From Piedraia hortae CBS 480.64 (taxonomy: Eukaryota), in the NCBI GenBank assembly GCA_010093745.1, contig MU005987.1:170302-190301 (forward strand): 20,000 nucleotides of DNA, given 5' to 3'. Position numbers and translations under genes: made by a program. The notes under the pieces were generated by a model. The model worked only from the letters and a program-made list of their open reading frames with translations. It was not told the DNA's origin and ran no database searches. Shown in pieces: positions 12,644 through 20,000 of this stretch. The first letter of the stretch is position 1, and each line of letters opens with the position of its first letter.

Positions 12644-14590
12644 ATGAGCTTTGTGCATGACGTGGTTCATCGCATTGATGCGCAGCTTGACCACCTCCAG
12701 CTCGTGACGGCCGTCGCCGACAGTGTGTCGCCGCAGACGTTGGCGTTGCAGGCCGCGATTCGTGGGTTGACAACATCTGACAGCCGTAGCCTCGTTCGGC
12801 GGGGACAAGTTCTCTCTTGTCTCGAATCCATCCCACAGGTATCCGAAGAACAGTCCCTCGAAGCGCAGCCAATCACTTCCTCCGACAACAGTTCTACTCC
12901 CTCCGAAGATCAGGCTTACGTTGAAGAGGCATACAGATCCGATCTAGAATGGTTACTCATATTCAAGGCGACAGCACAAATATACGGACATGTACTGAAA
13001 ACCATTCTGGACCAGGCCATCGATATCTCCAACGATATCGAATACTGGGACCAAACACTAAACTCGCGGACTTCTTGCGCACTCTATGGAGTGCAGATCC
13101 TTCCCCTTCATGTCTGGGATATCTGGGAGCAGGCGAGCTGTTCTTTGAACATACGTCACATTGGGCAAAGTCTCAGAAACGGTGCCACCCAACCCCTGCG
13201 TGATAGGTGGACCGAGTTCTACCGCTTGGCTAGGGAAGCCGTCAGCGAGCGGAATCTGCAGAAGCAGATTCTGGGGCCAATCACGCGCTTACGCCGGGGT
13301 ATTCGACTGAAACAGTCTGCGTTGAAAAAGGCACGACTGCGCAACGCGAATGCGTTAGGCGTGCTGCTAGGCGAAGGGCTGGCCAAGGAAAATGCACATA
13401 AAGACGACGAAACAAATATAGAGTCGCAACAGCAGTGGAGGGGCTCGGTTGCTCGTAATGTTGTGCTCATGGAAGCCGTTCTGAACAAGGCTGTCGATAC
13501 ACAAACTCCACTCGATAACTTCGATGCGTCTGTTGCTGATCAGACCGATACCGATCCTGTTTTTGATAGCGTTGACGAACCTCAGGTCTTGGCTGCCCGA
13601 TTGAGCGACCTGCTGACTCAGACACTGCCCAACTACGTTCAAAGTGCAAAATTGGAGTCCCATGCCCATGGCAAGCCGTCGCGGTTGATACGGTATTGGT
13701 TACCCGTAACCATCGGAACACTCTCTGGGAGTACAATCCTCCGCATCCTGTTTAATCGTCGAGCTGATCTTTTGCAATGGGTTCGAGATCTCGGTCATAC
13801 TGTAATTGACTTTTGGCAAAATTGGGTGGTCGAGCCGCTGCGGCATGTCATTCAAACAATTCGTCATGATGAAGCTGGTGAAGTGAGTCTTTTGTCGAAG
13901 CGATCGCTGCAGGGAGATCAAGAATCCCTGGAGCGCATGGTCGTCGACTTTGCAATTGATAATCCATTTTCGGCGACTGGCCGCAACAAACCGCTCACCA
14001 CTGCGGAAGTTAATGAAATCCGCACAAGGGTGCGTGAAGGGGACGTCACACCGGTGCTTAAAGCGTACGAACAAGACCTTGCTTCGCCTTTCATGAGTGC
14101 TGTCCGAGGTAACCTTGTCCGTGCGCTTCTTATCCAGATCCAAAAAACGAAGGTTGACATCGATGTGGCCATGGGAGGAATCGATTCTCTGCTCAAGTCG
14201 CAAGAACTTGTTTTTGGCGTAGCTGGTCTTACGCCTGGCATTCTCGCCACATACTTTACCCTTCAATATTTCCTCTCTACCTTGTCCAAGAAGCGTTATC
14301 TTCGTTCTTCGCGACGCCAAGGGGGCATGCTCCGTCTTTTGCGCAACATTGACAGGATCATAACCAATGCAACTCCTACTGAATACGGAGAACTCCCCTA
14401 TCGAGACCTGGGTCAGTTGATATGCGAGGTCCATGCTCTCCGTCAGGCTGCCCACTATGTCATGCCGCCTCGCGTCTTTGCCGATTTGGCCGTGGACACT
14501 GATCAACTTTGCGACGTCAGAATGGGCGTTGCGCGACAAGTTACCATTGCGAAAAGGATCAGATGGGGATACGCGTATTACTTTTCATGA
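12644..14590 (+). CDS. NCA2: NCA2-like mitochondrial ATP synthase regulation protein (nuclear control of ATPase), single exon
   Basis: Long ORF with GKPSRLIRYWLP, FWQNWVVEPL..VIQTIRHD, SLERMVVDFA, EGDVTPVLKAYEQDLASPF..GNLVRALLIQIQKTKVDIDVAMGGIDSLLKSQELVFG, typical of the NCA2 domain. ATG 12644 (acgATGa) preferred on context; another in-frame ATG lies at 12623. Confidence 0.9.
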   Translation: MSFVHDVVHRIDAQLDHLQLVTAVADSVSPQTLALQAAIRGLTTSDSRSLVRRGQVLSCLESIPQVSEEQSLEAQPITSSDNSSTPSEDQAYVEEAYRSDLEWLLIFKATAQIYGHVLKTILDQAIDISNDIEYWDQTLNSRTSCALYGVQILPLHVWDIWEQASCSLNIRHIGQSLRNGATQPLRDRWTEFYRLAREAVSERNLQKQILGPITRLRRGIRLKQSALKKARLRNANALGVLLGEGLAKENAHKDDETNIESQQQWRGSVARNVVLMEAVLNKAVDTQTPLDNFDASVADQTDTDPVFDSVDEPQVLAARLSDLLTQTLPNYVQSAKLESHAHGKPSRLIRYWLPVTIGTLSGSTILRILFNRRADLLQWVRDLGHTVIDFWQNWVVEPLRHVIQTIRHDEAGEVSLLSKRSLQGDQESLERMVVDFAIDNPFSATGRNKPLTTAEVNEIRTRVREGDVTPVLKAYEQDLASPFMSAVRGNLVRALLIQIQKTKVDIDVAMGGIDSLLKSQELVFGVAGLTPGILATYFTLQYFLSTLSKKRYLRSSRRQGGMLRLLRNIDRIITNATPTEYGELPYRDLGQLICEVHALRQAAHYVMPPRVFADLAVDTDQLCDVRMGVARQVTIAKRIRWGYAYYFS

Positions 14591-14887
14591 ATAGCTTATT
14601 TGTGAGCCCGTGAGCGTTGTGTTACTGTTCATGGTACTTTGCATGGTCATTCACCTTCTTCAGCCAACGAGATCTTTTTCATTGCCACGTTGTTTCTTGA
14701 AATGAGGCCAACCAATTCCATATTTGGGACAACTTTGTTCTCAACAAATTGACTCTACCCAGCTGTATAATTAAACCTTTGGGCCAAAACCTGCACTTAA
14801 CCATAGACAACACTTCCGAACACCCTTGCGCCGGTGTCTCTATCTCTACAACGTTGCGAGCTCTTAACAAGGGAATGATCACTGGCA

Positions 14888-16407
14888 TTGCATGTCGTAG
14901 TGTCATTTATCCAAGTCAGGCCAAAACAAAAAATACCGAGAACCAGAAAGAGATGCCAAAGTTCCAACTCATCGCAGTCCAATGGGGATGATCCGGACCC
15001 GCGGGCGACGAGCGTATTTGCCGAAGATATCTCTGACCATCGTCTAGGTGGCTATCATCCGATTTGTCTTGGGGATACCTTTAGTGAGAACTGTTACAAA
15101 ATCTTACCCAAATTGGGCTATAGTTCCCATTCGAGAGTTTGGGCGGCTAGAGATCGACAGTATGCATCTATATAACGTGCCAGTGCAAAGCTTACCTGAT
15201 GTAGACGACGGGAGTACCTGGCGGTCAACGTATGACAAGCTGACGCCAAGGACAAGGCCAAGATGATGCGAGAGGTTTCAATAGGCGACAATCATCCTAG
15301 CAAAACCCGCCTGCTGGTGATGCTTGGCTACTTCCATCACGAAGGGCCAAATGGAGTTCACAGTTGCGTCGTTGAACAGCTTTATGGATCCAATACTCGA
15401 CATGTTGGGAGCAACTACTTTGGACTTGGGCAGGAGCTACCGGGAGAGCTATGCAAAAGCATTGCCAAATAGATTCTTCTAGGCATCGACTGCTTGCATC
15501 AAAACGACATCGTTTATGGAAATCAGCATAACACAACCCGTCACTAAACATATTTATCATGGAACAGACTTATTCATCAATCATATCGGTTTTGGGCTCT
15601 CCAAAATGGACGAAATACACAAGTTACCGGAACACAACTTTATGAAGCTGCTCACTAAACCATATCACATCAAGGATACTGGTGGTACTGATTTTATGGA
15701 AGATTGACCACAGAGACCTGGAGCTCCCTAATACTTGGTCGGACCTACGTCTTGTCCAGTACAACTGTCGACCAATCCGCCTCCCATCAAGATAATTGGT
15801 TTCGACGAGGCATTTCCGAACTCAGATCCTTCGGACTGAATTTTCCCATCGATATGGGTACAACCACCGGAAAGTGTACTGGGCAACAAACTCGATCATC
15901 GGGTTGACTACTGAAGTTTTGCTTGCACGGTATGTTAATTCAGATGAGTGGAAAATGGGCTGACCTCCCAGGTGATGGAGTTCCTCCTAGGAGACACAAT
16001 CTTTGGCGACATCATGGCAAACAAAGAAGCAAATTATTACCGACATGATTCAAATGACGGGAGAGGACGTGTTACCTCGCTGGCGGCCCGCCTGGGAAAG
16101 GTTATACGAGGAAGAGACACTACTAGAAATCCAATACAAGGATTATCAACAAATTGAACAAGCCGTGCAACAAGACATCAATGCCCGCAACCTAGCTGAG
16201 AACTATCGTGCTTTGTTCTATCCAAACCCAGACCCAGAGTCAGAACCACCCGAACACCGTTATATGGAAGAAGTTTATGAGCTTGAAGGCGATCAGAAGA
16301 TTCATTTCCCGCCGGAAGAACATCAGAATTACATGTTTTCGGCCAAATCCATGCTTCGAATGGACCCTAGAGCTCGGGCATCCGCACAAATTATCTCCAG
16401 TCTCTAG
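14888..16407 (+). pseudogene. Pseudogene of a divergent SRPK-like (fungal SRPKL-type) protein kinase
   Basis: Kinase subdomains in order: LGGYHPICLGDTF, KLGYSSHSRVWAARD, YLAVNV, FHHEGPNGVHSCVV, ILLGIDCLHQNDIVYG, IKIIGFDEAF, QPPESVLG, VDY*SFACT|VMEFLLG, MLRMDPRARASA. In-frame stops at 15233, 15470, 15705, 15729, 15837 and 15912, and a frameshift near 16020-16030. Intron remnants at 15160-15204, 15522-15567 and 15930-15971. Confidence 0.85.
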
Positions 16408-16901
16408 TTTCTGAATTAAGCCAGCAGCTGACTAGGGAGGTGAATTCTGATGGAGAGGCTTGTGTGTACAGCGTCAGGTATCGAGGTTTCTCATGGAAAA
16501 AGGGCGCATCACAAATGGGCAGAGGTTGGAAAGTTATAATCCAATGGAGTCATGGAAAATCTTTACTAAGTAAGAAGAGACTTCTGGGGAAGGTGAAACA
16601 AAACTTCGATCAGCATCGTCATACAAAAAATTCTAATCCAATTTTAGTTGCCTTCGGATATTGAATTCGTACCGGTCGTTAACAAAGAACCTACCTTGTG
16701 TGTCGGAGGACTCTGCATGGGTGGAGATGGTGCAATACACACTTCTCCATTCGATGAAACCATTGATTGATCGGTCCGTTTGCAAAAGCGAATGTTTTAC
16801 AGCTGAGCATACGAATTGTTCATACGGAAGGTCTTCCAGAGACCGTCTATGCGGGGTTGTTAAACGTAGCACGTCGGGTATTTCACATTATGACGAGCTC
16901 C

Positions 16902-17213
16902 TCACTTCTTTCCACTCTTCTTGATTCCCTGACTGCCAGTGTTCATGGGTCCTTTGCCTATATAATGGCAAATTAGCTGACATTTGGGAGTTCGTACGGG
17001 CTGTATACATACCACTGGCCTTTTTAGCTAGTTCTTCGCGGGCCTTTTTATCCGCAGCTTGCTTTGCTTTGAATGCCTTATCTGATTGTCGTGAGTTTTC
17101 AGGCTTCCCGCGCAACACGATGATCCCCCACCTTGCTCATCCTCTTCAGTGACCTTTTTCTTTGGCTTTTTGTTATGAATTGGATTTGTGCCTGTTCCTT
17201 GGCCAGAAGGCAT
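16902..17213 (-). CDS. TMA7: Translation machinery-associated protein 7 (TMA7/CCDC72), exons 17213-17132, 17081-17013, 16957-16902
   Basis: Spliced product [68 protein letters not shown], with the diagnostic D-AFK-KQ and [11 protein letters not shown] C-terminus. Introns 17131-17082 (50 nt) and 17012-16958 (55 nt). Confidence 0.9.
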
Positions 17214-17399
17214 GATTGCAGTGTTTTCGATTTGGTGGTGGTGGTGGTTGATTGCTGCGGGGTGCGGGCCAATAGGATTTCTCGGGAGAATCCGCCCACA
17301 TTCCATCAAACAGCAGCAACAGCAGCGGCATTACGATATCGTAAATTGAGACACTGGATACCCACGCGCACTCTTCACTGCTGGCTACAGCCGCCCGTC

Positions 17400-18694
17400 A
17401 TGCATCCTGGGCCTGGAACTTCCTTGCGCGTACCTTTCCGAGCAGAACTACAAGCATTAGCCACCTGCAGCGCCAGCTAGCCCAGCGGCCGAGATTGTAT
17501 GTTACTGGAGCTTCAATAGCAGCAGCCACATTACTTTACGTCCTTGCACCCTCGCTATTTGGCAATGGCAGCACTGTTCGACATGCAAAGAGCCAAGCAA
17601 ACGGTGTGGTTGGCCTTACCAACCTGGCAAATGACTGCTTCATCAACAGCGTCCTCCAGGCCCTCGCCGGCTTGCCGAGTTTGCGGGAATACCTTCAGGG
17701 AGTACGAGATAATCGCCCCGCAAATACCGAAAGCGAGGGAAAGGATGAGTCCTTGCGTTTCGGATGGGTTACCATGGGACTGAAAGACATGTTGGATGCC
17801 CTCAGTAACAGCAAGACGTCTAGCAAAACCATCAATGCCAATGGGTTCATTCGGGTCATGGAAAATGCGTTGCGTGGTCGTATCAGTCGCAGTCAACAAG
17901 ATGCACAGGAATTCTTGCAAATCGTAGCTCAGCGTCTCGAAGACGAGCATCGGGCAATGGCTATGTCAGGGGCTGGTGTGGAGGGGATCGGTTTCCCTTT
18001 GGAAGGCCAGCTGAAATCGCAGGTCGAATGCACGCACTGCCACTTCCAACCAAAGCCTTCGGTATCTTCCTTTGTCATTCTCACCCTGCATGTACCTCCG
18101 GAGTCTGCCACTCTCAACTCCTGTCTAGATGGACTATTCAAAGTCGAGCATATTGATGGCTTTTTGTGCGATCGTTGCCGCGTAGAACACGCCCTGCAAC
18201 TCAACAACAAAGAGATTGCACGATCAAATCTGCCAGAGGAAGATCGTGTTGGCTTAGAAGAGAACATATCCAAGCTAGAAGAGGCTTTACTTGACCCAGA
18301 ACAGCCGCCCGCCGATGTGCAGCTGCCTCTTTCCTCTGTAGCACCTCGCAGGCGGATTGCTCGTCATACACAAATCGCGTCGTTCCCACGTATTCTGGCC
18401 TTGCATCTTAGCCGGTCTATGTGGGAATCGAGATCGAGCTCGAAGAACATGGCCGAGGTAGACTTTCCTGAATCGCTGATGCTTGGCGGACTGTTGAACC
18501 GCCGAAAGTATCGTCTTTCTAGTGTCATTACGCATCGTGGCGGCCACAACAGCGGTCACTACGAAACCTATCGGCGTAACCAACCTAGCGAAAGATGGTG
18601 GCGAATTAGCGATGAATATTCCCGCCAATGCAAGACGACACATGTTTTGGCAGCGAGGCGGGAAGTGTATATGTTGTTTTATGAGATGGAGTAG
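17400..18694 (+). CDS. Ubiquitin-specific protease (USP/UCH family), UBP16/USP30-like with N-terminal membrane anchor; start uncertain
   Basis: Hydrophobic segment YVTGASIAAATLLYVLAPSLF, Cys box GLTNLANDCFINSVLQAL, QQDAQEFL, Zn-ribbon CTHC/CDRC, PRILALHLSR, His box THRGGHNSGHYETYRR, WWRISDE, YMLFYE*. The 5' coordinate is provisional (see findings). Confidence 0.88.
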
Positions 18695-18816
18695 AGTAGA
18701 CTAGGCGGGATGACATCCGCACTGCCCATCGTAGGTCTCGTAACAACTGTACAAATACCTCATACAAAGCAAGACTCCCAGCTTCTACCAAGGATATCCA
18801 CAGAAACAACAGCAAC

Positions 18817-19481
18817 CTAACAGCATGTCTTGCCGCCGCCGCCGCCGCCGGCGGCAACGCTAACGGCCGAGGATTGATTGGGCTGCGTGGGCTGCTGCGT
18901 GTCTACCAATCGCTTCTTAATGTCACTAGCCAGGCTGAAGAACGCCTTCTCCACGTTGATGTTGCTCTTGGCGCTAACCTCCATGAAGGGAATTCCAAGC
19001 TCGTCCGCAAGCGCTTGACCTTGCTCCGTCGATACCGCGCGCTTCTCTTCCCAGTCGCACTTGTTGCCAATCAGGATCTTGTTCACCCCCTCGGTGGCGT
19101 GCTGTTCAACGTTGGAGAACCATGTCCGAATATCTGCGCGATCGGTCAATGCCAGCCCAGAGCCAAGTGGCGAAACTACTCACTGTTGAAGCTCCGCTCG
19201 TCCGTCACGTCATACACCAGCAGAATACCCATGGCGCCCCGATAATACGCCGTGGTGATGGTGCGGAAGCGCTCCTGTCCTGCCGTATCCCATATCTGCA
19301 GCTTCACCCGCTTGCCGTCTAGCTCAATGGTGCGGATCTTGAAGTCAATTCCGATGGTGGTGATGAAAGATGGCGTGAAGGAATCCTCGCTAAAGCGCAG
19401 CAGGCAGCACGATTTTCCAACGCCAGAGTCCCCGATCAAGAGCAGCTTTATAAGGAAGTCATAGTTGCGTGAGCCGGCCAT
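18817..19481 (-). CDS. SEC4: Rab8/Sec4 exocytic Rab GTPase, exons 19481-19184 and 19133-18817 (204 aa)
   Basis: [82 protein letters not shown]-terminal CC prenylation motif. Intron 19183-19134 (GTGAGT...TTGAC...CAG, 50 nt). Confidence 0.96.
18833..18850. repeat. (GCC)n trinucleotide microsatellite encoding poly-Gly in the Sec4 hypervariable tail
   Basis: gccgccgccgccgccgcc-like run on +, translating to GGGGGG just before KTCC on -. Confidence 0.7.
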
Positions 19482-20000
19482 GGCCAAGAAATTTGCAGAT
19501 GATTCGCTGGCTTCTTCTCTCGCTGCGTGTTTGGAGCCGCTGTCTTCGCGTGATCATACAGGTGACGGGAGGTGCCAAGTGGAACCAGCAAATAGCGCAC
19601 GGGTCGACCCGTTCCCCGCATTCATCATCACCCGACACTCAAAGACATGAAGGGTACCCGTTGCCCCGCAAAGACGAACCAACGCACAAGAATGAGTCTT
19701 GCCATGGGAAAGGCGTATCCTTGAGTCAAAGCCAAATCTTCTCATGTCGGAATTACACGTGTAGCGTCAATCAACCCCACTGATGTCTGAAATGTTTCCA
19801 TCGTGTCATCGAGGAGATGAGCAAGCCAAGCCCAATGAGCAAAGGCTTTTGGGCGTAAGTCCTAGCATAATGAGCAAACATCGGCGGGCCCCCGATGTTT
19901 GAAAAAAATGTTTGGTCTAAAAAGACGTCAAAATGATGGTAGAGTGCTCTAGAGTGTATGGAAAGGTGTTTTGGGAGATTCTGGAGGGGGTCGAAAAAAT

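Noticed and set aside
13700..14539. 279-aa antisense ORF within NCA2, and similar antisense ORFs such as 10712-11320 and 6381-6809
   Set aside because: They lie entirely opposite well-supported genes, have no recognisable motifs, and are expected shadows of codon bias.
15233..15914. A-to-I editing rescue of premature stops (as known in Sordariomycete sexual development) for the kinase pseudogene
   Set aside because: Six stops of mixed type, a frameshift, a dead splice donor and lost catalytic residues cannot all be repaired by editing.

Overview
Compact, intron-containing fungal (filamentous ascomycete-type) chromosomal DNA. It is mostly a housekeeping block: the 3' end of a Cid1/Cid13-like non-canonical poly(A/U) polymerase, HGH1 (-), a GRIP-domain golgin (IMH1-like), an SRPK/Sky1-Dsk1 kinase, ERG25, NCA2, TMA7 (-), a UBP16/USP30-like deubiquitinase and SEC4/Rab8 (-). 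Two decayed accessory inserts interrupt the block. One is a frameshifted DUF3505/telomere-linked-helicase-type element remnant (about 2414-4455) between the divergent HGH1 and golgin genes. The other is an intron-retaining SRPK-like kinase pseudogene (about 14888-16407) between the convergent NCA2 and TMA7 genes. I found no clearly novel multi-gene system. The best leads are a deubiquitinase with no in-frame ATG before its catalytic Cys box, an in-frame TAA followed by about 140 open codons in the polymerase gene, a structured oversized intron and a stop-free 3n intron in SRPK, and an SREBP-type site upstream of ERG25. All gene models and family calls were made by eye, without database searches.
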